The notes: generated by a model not told the origin, from the letters alone. 63,920 nucleotides of DNA, filler included, from 8 parts of 8 records of this genome joined end to end with filler, not necessarily neighbours in it; one strand, 5' to 3'; positions 9,538-21,978 are shown, counted from the first letter of the whole stretch. Program-made: numbers and translations.

Positions 9538-12153
9538 ATGAAGAAAATTACTTTAATAGATGGAAATTCAATTATGTTTAGAGCATACTATGCAACTGCA
9601 TATCCAGGTGCTAAACTGATGCAATCAAGTCAAGGCGTTTATACAAATGCACTTTTTGCGTTTGTATCAATGTTTCAAAAAATAGTGACAGATGATACAA
9701 CGGATGTTTTAGTTGCCTTTGATACAAAAGAGCCTACTAAACGTCATCTTCAATATGATCAATATAAAGCAGGTCGCGTTAAAATGCCTGAAGAATTAGG
9801 TCAACAAATTCCGATAATTTATGACTATATTGAAAAAGCTGGTATTAAACTATATTTTAAAGCAGGCTATGAAGCTGATGATATTATAGGTACACTTGCA
9901 AAACAAGCCAGTGATAAGGGCTATGAAGTTAATATTTATTCATCAGATCGTGATTTACTTCAACTTGTTAATGATAAAACCACTGTGCATTTACTTAAAA
10001 AAGGGATGCAAGATGTTGAGTCAGTGACACCAAAGAAAATGATTGAAAAATATCAATTAACGCATGAACAATTTATTGATTTAAAAGCATTGATGGGCGA
10101 TGCATCTGATAATATCCCAGGTGTACCAGGCGTTGGTGAAAAAACAGGGATTAAACTTTTAAAACAATATGATACACTAGAAAACATCTATGAACATGCC
10201 GATGAAATTAAAGGCAAACTCGGCGAAAAGATTAGAGATAATAAGGCACTCGCTTTTTTAAGCAAAGAGCTTGTAACCATTATCTTAGATGCTGATATTG
10301 ATGTGAATCCTGAAAATATTAAAAGAGAAGAAGTCGATCAACAAGTGCTCATTAAATTTTTTCAAAATTATGATCTTCATATGTTTGTTAAAAAAATGGA
10401 CAAAGTTAAAGTTGTTGAATCTTGGGAACCCATAGAAATAAAAGATGATAAAACATTAAAACAAGTGTTAAAAAATAATCTTGCACTTCATTTTGAATTT
10501 AGTGATTATAATTATCATAAGGCAGAACTATGGGGTATTGGATTATCTAATGGAGAAAAACATTATTTCTTAGATCCAACATATGCATTAAGTTCACATG
10601 TATTTACATCATATTTATTAGATGAAAAATTGCATAAATTTGTCTATGACTATAAAGCAATTAAAGTCTTTTTAAAATGGCAATTAAAAGAAATTGAAGG
10701 TGTTACATTTGATTTACTTATTGCTGCATATTTAATTAACTCACATTTAGGTAAAGAAGAATTTAAAAGAATCGTTGCGGCATTTGATTATGAAGATATG
10801 CAATATGATGAACAAGTTTATGGTAAAGGTGCGAAAAAAGGATTACCATTACAAGAGTTTTACTTGAAGCATGTCGCTTCAAAAGCAAAAGCTATTTATC
10901 AATTAAAAGATAAATTACTTGAAGAACTCGAAAATCAAGAACAATTATCACTATATACAGACATAGAGTTGCCATTATCAGAAGTTTTAGCTGATATGGA
11001 GTATGAAGGCCTATATGTTGATAAAGATGAGTTAAAACGACAAGGGGACGCATTAAAAATTAGAATTAAAACCATTGAATCTAAAATTATTGAACTTGCT
11101 GGCGAAAAATTTAGTGTTTCAAGTCCTAAACAGTTAGGTGTCATCCTATTTGAGAAATTAGCACTTCCACATGCGAAAAAAACAAAAACAGGTTATTCAA
11201 CAAATGCAGATATACTCAATAAACTAAAAAATGAACATGAAATAATTCCACTTATTTTAGAATTTAGACAATTATCTAAACTATATTCTACTTATATTCA
11301 AGGGATTGAAAAATCTTTATTTGATGATGGTAAAGTCCATACGATATATATGCAAGCATTGACAACAACAGGTCGATTATCATCTCTTGATCCTAATTTA
11401 CAAAATATACCTATTCGAACAAAAGAAGGTAGAGAAATTAGAAAACTTTTTGTGCCACGTCAAGGTTATTATTTATTAGGTGCTGACTATTCACAAATTG
11501 AATTACGCGTGCTAGCAGATATGGCCAATGTCAAACAGCTTATTCGAGCATTTAATGAACATGAAGATATTCATTCAAAGACTGCAAAAGCAATCTTTGA
11601 TGCTGATGAAGTGACTTCAGAGATGAGAAGAGCAGCAAAAGCTGTAAATTTCGGTATTATTTATGGTATCGGTGCATGGAGTCTCTCAGAAGATATTCAT
11701 GTTTCTCCTAAGGAAGCACAAAAATTTATTGATCAATATCTTGACCTGTATCCAGAGATTAAACAATATATGACAGATATTGTCGAATTTGCTAAATCAC
11801 ATACCTATGTAGAAACCATTATGCATAGAAGAAGATATATTCCTGAATTATCTTCGTCTGTCTTTATGCAAAGAGCATTTGGTGAAAGAACAGCACTAAA
11901 TGCACCGATACAAGGTAGTGCAGCAGATATTCTTAAAAAAGCGATGATTGATTTATATCGCTATTTAAAAACACATAAGAAACAGTCTAAATTATTATTA
12001 CAAGTTCATGATGAATTGATTTTACAAATTCCAGAACATGAATTAGAAGAAATGAAAGATATTGTACCAAAAACCATGAGAGATGCAGTATCACTCAAAG
12101 TGAAACTAGAAACATCTTGTGATGTTGGTAAAAATTGGTATGAATTGAAATAG
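9538..12153 (+). CDS. polA: DNA polymerase I
   Basis: 5'-3' exonuclease (LIDGNS, YEADD, GDASDNIPGV) and polymerase motifs (ADYSQIELR, AKAVNFGIIYG, QVHDEL). Confidence 0.99.
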   Translation: MKKITLIDGNSIMFRAYYATAYPGAKLMQSSQGVYTNALFAFVSMFQKIVTDDTTDVLVAFDTKEPTKRHLQYDQYKAGRVKMPEELGQQIPIIYDYIEKAGIKLYFKAGYEADDIIGTLAKQASDKGYEVNIYSSDRDLLQLVNDKTTVHLLKKGMQDVESVTPKKMIEKYQLTHEQFIDLKALMGDASDNIPGVPGVGEKTGIKLLKQYDTLENIYEHADEIKGKLGEKIRDNKALAFLSKELVTIILDADIDVNPENIKREEVDQQVLIKFFQNYDLHMFVKKMDKVKVVESWEPIEIKDDKTLKQVLKNNLALHFEFSDYNYHKAELWGIGLSNGEKHYFLDPTYALSSHVFTSYLLDEKLHKFVYDYKAIKVFLKWQLKEIEGVTFDLLIAAYLINSHLGKEEFKRIVAAFDYEDMQYDEQVYGKGAKKGLPLQEFYLKHVASKAKAIYQLKDKLLEELENQEQLSLYTDIELPLSEVLADMEYEGLYVDKDELKRQGDALKIRIKTIESKIIELAGEKFSVSSPKQLGVILFEKLALPHAKKTKTGYSTNADILNKLKNEHEIIPLILEFRQLSKLYSTYIQGIEKSLFDDGKVHTIYMQALTTTGRLSSLDPNLQNIPIRTKEGREIRKLFVPRQGYYLLGADYSQIELRVLADMANVKQLIRAFNEHEDIHSKTAKAIFDADEVTSEMRRAAKAVNFGIIYGIGAWSLSEDIHVSPKEAQKFIDQYLDLYPEIKQYMTDIVEFAKSHTYVETIMHRRRYIPELSSSVFMQRAFGERTALNAPIQGSAADILKKAMIDLYRYLKTHKKQSKLLLQVHDELILQIPEHELEEMKDIVPKTMRDAVSLKVKLETSCDVGKNWYELK

Positions 12154-12161
12154 GTGATAGG

Positions 12162-12974
12162 ATGCCAGAACTTCCTGAAGTTGAAACCGTCAGAAGAACT
12201 TTAGTTAAACTTGTGATTGGAAAAACAATTAAAGATGTTTATTATGACTATGAACCCATGATTAAAATGGACACTGACTTATTTGTTCTAAGTCTTAGAG
12301 GTCAAACCATTAAAGACATCGAAAGATATGGAAAATATTTGGTTTTTATCCTTGATCGCCATGCACTTATAATGCATATGCGTATGGAAGGTAAGTTCTA
12401 TATAAAGACATCAACAGATGAGATTTCACCATATGAACATGTGGTGTTTCAATTTAATGATGATGTTGAGATGCGTTACCATGATGTGAGAAAATTTGGG
12501 ACAATACATCTCATTGATCTTAAAAGCTATAAAACCTCATATCCATTAAGTCAATTAGGTCCTGAACCTAAAGATTTAAATGCACGTGATTTTTATCAAA
12601 AAATCAAGTATAAAAAAACACCTATCAAGGTAGCATTGCTTGATCAACACATTATAAGTGGATTAGGTAATATTTATGTCGATGAAACATTGTTTCTGAG
12701 TCAAATTGATCCAAGAAAGCAAGCGTCTAAAATCACAAAAAAACAAGCAGAAAAACTCATTGAGTCAGCAACAAAAGTTTTAGATAAAGCAATTGCATTA
12801 GGAGGATCAACCATTAGGTCATATACATCATCACTGGGTGTGCATGGTAGATTTCAAAATGAATTAAATGTACATACTAAAGCAGGACAACCGTGTCCAG
12901 TGTGTCAACATACGATTATTAAAACTAAAGTAGGAGGTCGTGGGACTTATGTCTGTACAACATGCCAAAAGTAA
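12162..12974 (+). CDS. mutM: Formamidopyrimidine-DNA glycosylase
   Basis: MPELPEVE N-terminus, GLGNIYVDE, C-terminal CPVC..CTTCQ zinc finger. Confidence 0.98.
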   Translation: MPELPEVETVRRTLVKLVIGKTIKDVYYDYEPMIKMDTDLFVLSLRGQTIKDIERYGKYLVFILDRHALIMHMRMEGKFYIKTSTDEISPYEHVVFQFNDDVEMRYHDVRKFGTIHLIDLKSYKTSYPLSQLGPEPKDLNARDFYQKIKYKKTPIKVALLDQHIISGLGNIYVDETLFLSQIDPRKQASKITKKQAEKLIESATKVLDKAIALGGSTIRSYTSSLGVHGRFQNELNVHTKAGQPCPVCQHTIIKTKVGGRGTYVCTTCQK

Positions 12975-13542
12975 AATTATTGGTTTAACAGGATCGATTG
13001 CTACAGGTAAAACCACTGCATCCAACTATTTAAAAAAATTAGGTTATTTTGTTATTGATAGTGACCAAATTGTTAAAATGCTATGGCAATCAAATAATCA
13101 AATGATTAAAAAAGTTGTTCATACATTTGATTTAGATCCAAAAAAAGATGTTGTGATGCAATTAAGAACATTCGTGTTTAAAAATAGTACACAATTAGAG
13201 CAATTAAATCACATTGTTCATCCTTATGTTTTTGAAGTGATTCAAAAAAAGGTGTTGCAAAACCAAGACAAAGACGTGATATTTATTGATATGCCACTTT
13301 TATTTGAAGTAGGTTATGATCAATCATGTGATGAAACATGGTTAATATATGTTACAAAAGAAATACAATTAAAACGTTTAGTGAAACGAGATGGACTTAG
13401 TGTAGAAGCTGCAAGTGATCGTATTGAGCAACAAATGGACATCGAAAAAAAACGTATGCTTGCTGATGTTGTTTTTGATAACACAAAAGATAAGCACACA
13501 TTACATAAACAATTGCTAAAACAGTTAAGAGGGATAAAATGA
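12949..13542 (+). CDS. coaE: Dephospho-CoA kinase
   Basis: IGLTGSIATGKTT, HPYV, DMPLLFE; polA-mutM-coaE synteny. Confidence 0.95.
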   Translation: MSVQHAKSKIIGLTGSIATGKTTASNYLKKLGYFVIDSDQIVKMLWQSNNQMIKKVVHTFDLDPKKDVVMQLRTFVFKNSTQLEQLNHIVHPYVFEVIQKKVLQNQDKDVIFIDMPLLFEVGYDQSCDETWLIYVTKEIQLKRLVKRDGLSVEAASDRIEQQMDIEKKRMLADVVFDNTKDKHTLHKQLLKQLRGIK

Positions 13543-14434
13543 AAAATAGTTCTACATTTGAAATCTATATGAATACACACTTAAGTGCGAGTGATTTCAA
13601 AGTGTTATCACTTTTATATCAACCGCTTTTAGGCATGCAATCATATGCTTTATACCAAACATTTTATCAATTATCACAATACTTAGAGATAAGAGATATG
13701 ACACATCAAACATTATTTGATTTACTTAATCTGAAACAAAGAGATTTTCTTGATAGTAGAAGAAAATTAGAAGCGTTAGGCTTATGTGATTCATATCATT
13801 ATCAAGATCAATATATTTATATATTAAAAACACCCTTAACAGCAAAACAGTTTTTATCTGATACTGCATTTGGGAGTTATTTACAAAGTGAAATTGGTGA
13901 AAAAAATCTAAACTTACTGATTGAGATGTTTAAATTTGAAACACCAGACTTATCACTTTATAAACAAATTTCTAAAACTTTTGATGAACTCTATGAATTT
14001 AAACAATTAAATTTATTGAAAGTTGATCAACAGTTAGAGGGACGACAAAAAAATCAAGGTTTACTGATTGAATCTAAATTTGATTTTAATAGTTTTGTAG
14101 AATCGCTACCAGAGCGATTAAAGACGTCAACATTACTTAATCAAAAACTAAAAGAATCAATTGAGAAAATAGCATTTGTTTATCAATTTGATGTACTTGA
14201 TATGGTTGAAGTTTATAAAAATGCATCTCTTAGTAAACAAAATATGAATTATCAGATTCTTAATTTTAAAGCAAAACAATATTTTGAAGACAAAGATAAA
14301 GTTTTAGAGATTAAAGAAAAAGTAGATTCAGAGATTTCATTTGTTGAAAAAGCAACACCATATGAAATTGTTCAAAAATTCGCAAAAGTCGATCAGCAGG
14401 GTATTGCTTTATCAACTGCATTTAGACTATTAGA
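13539..14434 (+). CDS. dnaB: Firmicutes-type replication initiation/helicase-loading protein DnaB, 3' truncated
   Basis: LLYQPLLG...LEALGL..PLTAKQFLSD N-terminal motif; position after coaE. Confidence 0.85.
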
Positions 14435-14534
14435 NNNNNNNNNNNNNNNNNNNNNNNNNNNNNNNNNNNNNNNNNNNNTTAATTAATTAANNNNNNNNNN
14501 NNNNNNNNNNNNNNNNNNNNNNNNNNNNNNNNNN
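14435..14534. other. Artificial contig spacer
   Basis: Same N44-TTAATTAATTAA-N44 linker. Confidence 0.99.
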
Positions 14535-15443
14535 CCGCAGTTGGATGATTCGGGCGTGCTTGCCATAGAAGGTGGGCGTCATCCTGTTGTTGAACGGATG
14601 CCGCTCAAGGAAGCCTTTGTTCCGAATGATGTCGAGCTTGACAACGACTCGAATCAGCTGCTGATTATCACCGGCCCGAATATGGCTGGGAAGTCAACCT
14701 TTATGCGTCAAGTGGCCCTGATCTCGCTGATGGCGCAGCTGGGAAGTTTCGTTCCGGCGGACGCTGCGCGGATGGGAGTTGTCGACCGCATCTTTACCCG
14801 TGTCGGCGCGAGTGATAATCTGGCAAAAGGGGAATCAACCTTTATGGTTGAGATGAATGAAACGGCGAACATCCTGCGTCATGCAACCAATAAGAGCCTG
14901 GTCATTCTGGATGAAATCGGCCGTGGAACATCAACTTTTGATGGTGTCAGCATCGCCTGGGCTGTTGCCGAGTACCTGCATGACAACAATCAGGTCGCTG
15001 CGAAGACACTTTTCGCGACCCATTATCACGAATTGACCGATCTGGCTCTGACGCGCAAACGGATCAAAAACTACAATGTTGCGGTCAAGGAATGGAACGA
15101 TCAGATCATATTCTTACGGAAGATTGTCGCAGGTGGGGCAAGCCGTTCGTATGGGATTCAGGTCGGACGACTGGCCGGCCTTCCGGATGAGGTGATCGGC
15201 AGGGCTAAGGAAATTCTGAAAAACCTTGAATCGGGTGAATACATCAGCTCTGGAAAACCACGCCTGGGTGAAGGGAAGAACAAAAAGCAGGGCCCGGTAG
15301 AATCGCAGCCACAGATGTCCTTGTTTAACAACGATCCTGCGCAGGAACTGAAGCAGCGTATTGAGGGTGTTGATCTCAGCAACATGACCCCTCTGGACGC
15401 ACTGAACTTTCTGGATGAACTGAAAAAGTCAATAAGCCAATGA
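14535..15443 (+). CDS. mutS: DNA mismatch repair MutS, 5' truncated
   Basis: [35 protein letters not shown]. Confidence 0.98.
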   Translation, partial: PQLDDSGVLAIEGGRHPVVERMPLKEAFVPNDVELDNDSNQLLIITGPNMAGKSTFMRQVALISLMAQLGSFVPADAARMGVVDRIFTRVGASDNLAKGESTFMVEMNETANILRHATNKSLVILDEIGRGTSTFDGVSIAWAVAEYLHDNNQVAAKTLFATHYHELTDLALTRKRIKNYNVAVKEWNDQIIFLRKIVAGGASRSYGIQVGRLAGLPDEVIGRAKEILKNLESGEYISSGKPRLGEGKNKKQGPVESQPQMSLFNNDPAQELKQRIEGVDLSNMTPLDALNFLDELKKSISQ

Positions 15444-17157
15444 AACTGTCTCGTGCTTTCTATCGCGTATTTTTTATCTGTCTGATCCTGCTGATTTGTG
15501 CCGGTCAGTCTCTGGCTGAGCCCTACGCACACCTAAGAGCCGACTACCAGGAACTCAGCCGTTCAGTGCAGTTGCAGCGTCAGCGCACAAACTGGGAGAA
15601 ACTGCTGAACCGGTTTGATGCATATGTGCGCAAAAATCCACTTAGCAGCAGTCTGGATAAGGCTCTCTTTCTGCAGGCGCGCACCTGGGACGGATTGTCG
15701 AAAGCGTCCGGTCGGAAAGATGACGCACAGGAAGCTCTGAGCCGTTACGTTGCCATGTCTGAGCGTTTCCCGAACAGTCGGTTAGCCGATGATGCTCTGT
15801 TTCATGCCGGTCAGGCCGCAGAATACAGGATTCGTGACAAGCACCGTGCAAGAGCCCTATACGAGATGATTCTGGAGCGTTTTCCTACGGGAGACATGGT
15901 TACAGATGCTCGAAAAAGGCTCGCCGTCCTTCCTTCGAAACCAGTGGTTCGCTCTCAACCGAAAGTTCTGAAGCAGCCAGTGAAGGTTGAGGAAGATTAT
16001 CATCAGATCGGTGATGCCCCACGCCTTGAGAATGTCCGCTTCTGGAGTGGGCCTGAGTACACACGGATTGTTCTTGATTTGTCTGCGCCGGTTGTCGCCA
16101 AACCGCATAAGTTGAATGGCGAAAATCCACGTGTTTACTTTGACCTGCTTTATACCCGGCTAGGAAATGACTTGCCGTCAATTGTCGGCATCCAGAACGG
16201 TCTGGTTCGACAGGTGCGTTCGAGCTTGTTTGACGAACAGAGAACACGTGTCGTCATCGATCTGAACAGGGTGGTTGATTATCGCCTGATCACTCTGGAA
16301 AATCCGCACCGTCTCGTCATTGATGTTCTCGGAGCGCCTGAGAAAGAAGTACTAACCGCCAGCGGAACAGCCTCTCAAGGACGTGGCGGGGATGATTCGA
16401 TTGCAAGCATTCTGGACAGTTCGGCCGATCGTCTCCCCAGTCTGCACGTTCCGCAAACAAGGGGTGATGAGGGAATTAAACTTGTCGTTGTCGATGCCGG
16501 ACATGGTGGCCGCGACCCGGGGGCCATTGGGCCATCGGGAGTCTATGAGAAAAACGTGACTCTGCCTCTGGCCAAGGCCCTGGCTAAGGCTCTGCGTCAG
16601 AAGATGGGTGTCAAGGTGCTGATGACCCGGACCGATGATCGCTATCTGGAACTGCGAGAACGAACCGATTATGCCAACCGTGTGGGCGCCGATCTGTTTA
16701 TCTCACTCCATGCCAACGCAAGCCCTCGCGGTAAAGCTTATGGTGTCGAAACCTATTTTCTCAACTTATCAAAAAACAATCAGGCTGCAGAAGTCGCAGC
16801 CCGTGAGAATGGAACATCGCTGCAGGAAGTTGGCAATCTGGAGGCGATTCTTTTTGACCTGATGGCGAACGCAAAAATTAATGAATCAAGCCGACTGGCT
16901 GCAGAAGTCCAGCAATCGATGGTGGCCGGTTTGAAACCTCACTTCAACCGGATTAAGGACCTCGGCGTGAAGCAGGGCCCGTTTCATGTTCTTCTCGGGG
17001 CGACCATGCCGTCCGTTCTGATCGAAGCGGCCTTTATCAGCCACCCCGGGAAGAAAAGCGACTGACGTCCAGCACCTATCAAAAGCATGTTGCCAACGCG
17101 ATTGTTACCGGCGTGATGCACTATTCTTCATCTCTAGAGCAGGTTGCCCAACGATGA
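15440..17157 (+). CDS. N-acetylmuramoyl-L-alanine amidase (TPR-like + AMIN + Amidase_3); frameshift at about 17045
   Basis: [29 protein letters not shown]; adding one base in CCCCGGG restores [21 protein letters not shown] to a stop overlapping the glnD ATG. Confidence 0.9.
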
Positions 17158-19850
17158 ACACCGAACCTATCATGATCGATCTTGTCCCATGGCCACTGAA
17201 TGTTGGCAGCAGCACTTGTGATTTTGATTCCAACCGCGATGCTGTCTGCGAGGCCGCACGTTCGTACCTTCAGCAGAATCTGGACCTGATCAATGGAGTC
17301 AATCAGGAAGGTGCTTCGGGCCGTGTTGTCGTGGATCTGCTGACCAACATGTTCGACAGGTTAAATCAAGAATTATACACGTTTGTTTCCGCCGACCTCA
17401 ATCCGGAGAGGGTTGCCGGTTGTGCGTTGATCGCTTTAGGTGGGTATGGACGATCCGAGATGAACCCGCGATCAGACCTTGATCTGATGTTCTTCTATCG
17501 TGAAGAAAGCCGTGATGTCGCAAAGCAGATCTCTGACCGGATGCTCTACCTTCTCTGGGATCTCAGCCTTGATGTTGGTTACAGTGTGAGATCAGCGGCT
17601 GAATGTCTTGAAGAAGCGAAAGACACGACCGTTCGAACGGCTCTTTTGGATGCGCGGCATCTTTCCGGATCGGAAGAGGCTTATCAGCACTTTGACAGAG
17701 CGGCTTACAAGCCGTTGACTACAACCGGTGTTCAGGGTTTCATCAAGGCTAAAATTGAAGAGAATGAACGGCGCAAAAAGAAGTATGGAGCGTCGGTCTA
17801 CGTCCTGGAGCCGAACCTCAAAGAGGGGGAAGGGGGCCTGCGCGAACTGCAGGATGCACTCTGGATTGCCCGGGCCAAATTCAAATCTGGCTCTTTGAGA
17901 GAGCTTCTGGTCAAGGGGGTTATTTCTGAGTTCGAGTTCGACAGTTACCGCGAATCTCAGGATTATCTCTGGCAACTAAGGAACTTTCTCCATTTCAACA
18001 GTCAGCGTAAATCGGAGCAACTCTCGTTTGAACTGCAGCAGCAGCTCGCGGATTTTTTTGGCTATGTCAAGAACAGACAGGCGTCCGCTGTTGAACAGTT
18101 CATGCAGGATTTTTACCGCAAGGCGATTCTTTCGGAGCATCTGGCAAGTCAGCTCATCCTTAAGGCAACCGTACAGCAGAATGCCCCGCAAAAAGGGCCT
18201 TTCAGTTTTCTGCGTCGGCGTAATCTGGAAGACGATTTTTATATTATCCGAGGTGAATTGCGGGCCAAGCGGGATCGGCGACTGCTCGAAGATCCGGCGC
18301 TAATGATGGTCGCTTTTGAACTGTCACAGCGACATGAGGTTGTGATCTGTCTTGAGTTGAAGCAGTTGATTCGGGAAAATCTGCACCTGATTAATGACAA
18401 GGTCAGACGGTCGAAACGGATGACCGAATCGTTTATGGCGATCCTCGCGAACCGGAGGAACGTCGGCCGGACGCTACGTAAAATGCATCACTTGATGTTC
18501 CTCAATGCGTTTATCCCTGAATTCAAGAATATCTACTGTAAGGTTCAGTTCGACCTCTACCATATCTATACGGTTGATATCCATTCGATCTTTGCCGTCG
18601 AAAATATGGAGCAGCTCTGGGCTGGGCAGTTTGCTAAAGAACATCCGATGCTGAGCGAGGTGGCCCAGAACATTGAGAAGCCTGAACTGCTGGTTCTGGC
18701 CATACTGTTCCACGATATCGGTAAGGGGAGCGGGAAGGACCACAGTGTTCGAGGCGCTGAAATGATGCCGAGAATCTCTCGGCGATTGCGGCTTAACCGA
18801 GAAGACAGTGATCGCCTGCAATTTCTAGTTCTTCATCATCTTAAGATGGCACATATTTCTCAGCGTAGAGATTTGCAGGACATGAAGATGATCGCCCAGT
18901 TTGCTGACCTGATGGGCATGAGTGAAACATTGAGGATGCTCTATCTACTGACCTTTGCGGACTTGAAGGCAGTCGGGCCCGATGTCTGGTCGGAATGGAA
19001 GGGCAATCTTCTGCGTGAATTGTATGAAAAAACCTACGATATTCTTGAGAAGAAAGACTTTTATCTCGAACAACGATCGGAAAAAGCACGGAATCGCAAG
19101 CGTAAAGTCCGCTTAGCTCTGCTGGAGGAATTCCCGGAAAAACGCGTCTCGAGAGCGGTTAACGCACTGAACACCCGCTACCTGATGAGCTACCGTTCGA
19201 AAGAGATCATTCCCCACCTGAAACTTTCACTTGGACGCGGTAAAAAGACACTGGCCATGCAAGTGTCGCACAATGACGAGGCTGAGTATACGGAGGTAAC
19301 CCTGACAACGCTTGATTGCCCGGGACTGTTCTCTTATGTCGCTGGAGTGATGGCAGCGAACTCAATCAACATCCTTGGGGCGCAGATCCACACTCGTAAG
19401 GATGGGACGGTTCTGGACGTCCTCCAGGTAAATAGCACGATCGGCGGTGTTGTCAAGAAAGAGCGTAAATGGGAGAACTTTGAGGCGGACCTGTGTGCTG
19501 TGATTGAAGGCAGAGCCTTTGTTGATGACCTGATGCAGAAGTGTCAGGAACCGGACTATCTCCGCACGACAAAGAAACAGCCGATGCGCCCGAATAAAGT
19601 TGAGATTGATAATGAGGTGTCCGGGCTGTATACGGTCATCGATATCTTTGCACGCGATCGTGTTGGTTTACTGTATGAGATTACCGACGCTCTGAATGAG
19701 CTGGGCTTGTATATTGCGGTTTCTAAAATCTCAACCAAGGTGGATCAGGCGGCCGATGTTTTTTACGTGCACGATATCTTCGGGCAGAAGATGACAGATC
19801 AGAACAAGATAGACGAGGCTCGCCAGAAGTTGCTGGAACGACTGGCATGA
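17154..19850 (+). CDS. glnD: Bifunctional uridylyltransferase/uridylyl-removing enzyme
   Basis: ALGGYGR..P.SDLD, EPNLKEGEGGLRE, YHIYTVDIH, HDIGKG, two ACT domains. Confidence 0.97.
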   Translation: MNTEPIMIDLVPWPLNVGSSTCDFDSNRDAVCEAARSYLQQNLDLINGVNQEGASGRVVVDLLTNMFDRLNQELYTFVSADLNPERVAGCALIALGGYGRSEMNPRSDLDLMFFYREESRDVAKQISDRMLYLLWDLSLDVGYSVRSAAECLEEAKDTTVRTALLDARHLSGSEEAYQHFDRAAYKPLTTTGVQGFIKAKIEENERRKKKYGASVYVLEPNLKEGEGGLRELQDALWIARAKFKSGSLRELLVKGVISEFEFDSYRESQDYLWQLRNFLHFNSQRKSEQLSFELQQQLADFFGYVKNRQASAVEQFMQDFYRKAILSEHLASQLILKATVQQNAPQKGPFSFLRRRNLEDDFYIIRGELRAKRDRRLLEDPALMMVAFELSQRHEVVICLELKQLIRENLHLINDKVRRSKRMTESFMAILANRRNVGRTLRKMHHLMFLNAFIPEFKNIYCKVQFDLYHIYTVDIHSIFAVENMEQLWAGQFAKEHPMLSEVAQNIEKPELLVLAILFHDIGKGSGKDHSVRGAEMMPRISRRLRLNREDSDRLQFLVLHHLKMAHISQRRDLQDMKMIAQFADLMGMSETLRMLYLLTFADLKAVGPDVWSEWKGNLLRELYEKTYDILEKKDFYLEQRSEKARNRKRKVRLALLEEFPEKRVSRAVNALNTRYLMSYRSKEIIPHLKLSLGRGKKTLAMQVSHNDEAEYTEVTLTTLDCPGLFSYVAGVMAANSINILGAQIHTRKDGTVLDVLQVNSTIGGVVKKERKWENFEADLCAVIEGRAFVDDLMQKCQEPDYLRTTKKQPMRPNKVEIDNEVSGLYTVIDIFARDRVGLLYEITDALNELGLYIAVSKISTKVDQAADVFYVHDIFGQKMTDQNKIDEARQKLLERLA

Positions 19851-20749
19851 GGATTTCCCTGGAGCGCTGCCTGGATGAGTTCTTCAGCTATCTGACAATT
19901 GAAAAGGGTGTCTCCACGAATACTCTCGATGCCTACAGCCGTGATTTAACGCGTTATCTCGATTATCTTCAGACGACTGCTGGTATTGAGAGTCCGGACG
20001 CTGTCAAGCAGACTGATCTGCTCGATTTTTTAGCGTCGTTGCAGAAGGACGGATTGTCTCCCCGGAGCCGATCCCGGTCGTTGAGCGCCATCCGCTCATT
20101 TCACCGCTACCTGCTTAGAGAAAATCACTCGGACCAGGATCCGACAGCATTGATCGAGACCCCGCGTTCCCTGTCGGCACTCCCGGAGCTGTTAAGTCAG
20201 AGTGAAGTTGAATCTCTACTGCAGGCTCCTTCAGGAGATTCGCCTATCGCCCAACGTGACCGTGCGATGCTTGAAGTTCTTTATGCCACCGGCATGCGTG
20301 TTTCTGAGCTGACTGGACTTCACTTAGCCGATCTGAAACTGGATATCGGCTGTCTGAATGCTTTTGGTAAAGGCTCCAAACAGAGGTTGATCCCTCTTGG
20401 TGAAGTCGCTCTTGAGTTTTTAACTGAATATCTGCACTATGGTCGGCAAAAGCTTTTAAAGGACAATGCATCAGACGTTGTTTTCCTCAACGTAAGAGGT
20501 AAAAAAATGAGCCGCCAAGGCTTCTGGAAGAACCTTAAAAAATATTCTTTAATTGCTGGAATTACAAAGAATATTTATCCACATATGCTGCGTCATTCAT
20601 TCGCGACACATCTGCTTGAAAACGGAGCAGATTTGCGATCTGTACAGACCTTGTTGGGACACGTGGATATCTCGACAACTCAAATCTATACACACGTCCT
20701 GCACGAACGAATGCGGCAGGTCCATGAACAATTTCATCCACGCGGATGA
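19847..20749 (+). CDS. xerD: Tyrosine recombinase XerD
   Basis: LYATGMRVSEL, GKGSKQR, HMLRHSFATHLL, LLGH..ISTTQIYTHV, FHPR end. Confidence 0.95.
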   Translation: MRISLERCLDEFFSYLTIEKGVSTNTLDAYSRDLTRYLDYLQTTAGIESPDAVKQTDLLDFLASLQKDGLSPRSRSRSLSAIRSFHRYLLRENHSDQDPTALIETPRSLSALPELLSQSEVESLLQAPSGDSPIAQRDRAMLEVLYATGMRVSELTGLHLADLKLDIGCLNAFGKGSKQRLIPLGEVALEFLTEYLHYGRQKLLKDNASDVVFLNVRGKKMSRQGFWKNLKKYSLIAGITKNIYPHMLRHSFATHLLENGADLRSVQTLLGHVDISTTQIYTHVLHERMRQVHEQFHPRG

Positions 20750-20769
20750 ACAATAAAAAGGAACGATTG

Positions 20770-21965
20770 ATGAAATATATTGTTTTACTCGGTGATGGCA
20801 TGTCGGATGAACCGATCTCTGAACTTGACGGAAAGACGCCACTTCAGGCGGCTCATACTCCAAACATGGATAGTCTCTCCCAAAAAGGCCGGATCGGGCT
20901 CGCTGAAACCGTCCCGGTCGGATATCCGCCTGGAAGTGATGTCGCTAACCTTTCCGTGTTTGGGTACAATCCGGGCGACTGTTATACGGGGCGTTCCCCC
21001 CTTGAAGCTGCGAGTATGGGGGTTGAACTCGGTCCGGAAGACGTCGCTTTCCGGATGAACTTCGTTTGGCTGGAGGCTCACTACGGAAAGCTCTACATGG
21101 GGGATTTTTCTGCCGGTCACATCACCACCGAAGACGCTCAGGAGCTTGTTGCCACACTTCAGGAAGAGCTTGGGGATGACGAGTTCAGTTTTACCCCGGA
21201 GTGTCGTATCGCCACCTGATGGTCTGGAAAAACGGTAAGGATAAGCTTAGGTTTACGCCTCCCCATGATATCACCACTCAGAGCATTGAAGATCACCTGC
21301 CGCAGGGGGAGGGGGCTGCCGCGTTGCTGGATCTGACAAACTCAGCCCAGATGCTTCTACACGATCACCCAGTTAACAATAAACGTGTTGCTGAGCAGAA
21401 GCTGCCTGCAAACTCTGTCTGGTTCTGGGGGCATGGTCGTAAACCGCTGATGCAGACTTACGAAGAGCGTTTCGGCCTTACGGGGTCGGTTATCTCAGCA
21501 GTCGATCTGATCCGCGGGATCGGGGTGAATGCCGGCCTCGATATTATCGAAGTACCGGGAGCCACCGGGTATATCGATACAAATTACAAAGGCAAGGCAG
21601 ATTATGCCGTCGATTCTCTAAAAGACAGGGACTTTGTCTATGTTCATGTGGAGGCCCCTGATGAAGCGGCTCATGGTGGTCTTCTGAAGGAGAAGATCGA
21701 AGCAATTGAAAACTTTGACCGGGAGGTGGTCGGGACCGTCATTGATCGCCTTGACGAGATTGGGGACTGCCGCATTTTGATTACCCCTGACCATCCGACG
21801 CCGGTTGAAAAGCGGACCCATACGTCTGATCCCGTGCCGTTTATCCTCTACGATTCAAGGGTTGATGAGAAGTCAGCAGCGCAAGGGTACTCGGAGCAGG
21901 AGGCTGCTGCCAGCGGGTTGCGTCTGCCTGGTCATGAATTGCTGCCATTGATGAAAAATCATTGA
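20770..21965 (+). CDS. apgM: Cofactor-independent phosphoglycerate mutase (ApgM family); frameshift at about 21190
   Basis: GDGMSD, PGSDVAN, HVEAPDEAAH, PDHPTP; one T missing in TTTTACCCC restores FYPGVSYRH. Confidence 0.9.
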
Positions 21966-21978
21966 GTGGCGTTTGAAG

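Noticed and set aside
6304-14434. Genetic code 4 (TGA=Trp) in the Mollicutes-like contig
   Set aside because: TGA ends ffh and coaE at the expected positions and the ORFs are full length under code 11.
19847-20749. Tyrosine recombinase as a prophage or island integrase
   Set aside because: XerD-type sequence embedded in a housekeeping operon with no att sites or cargo.
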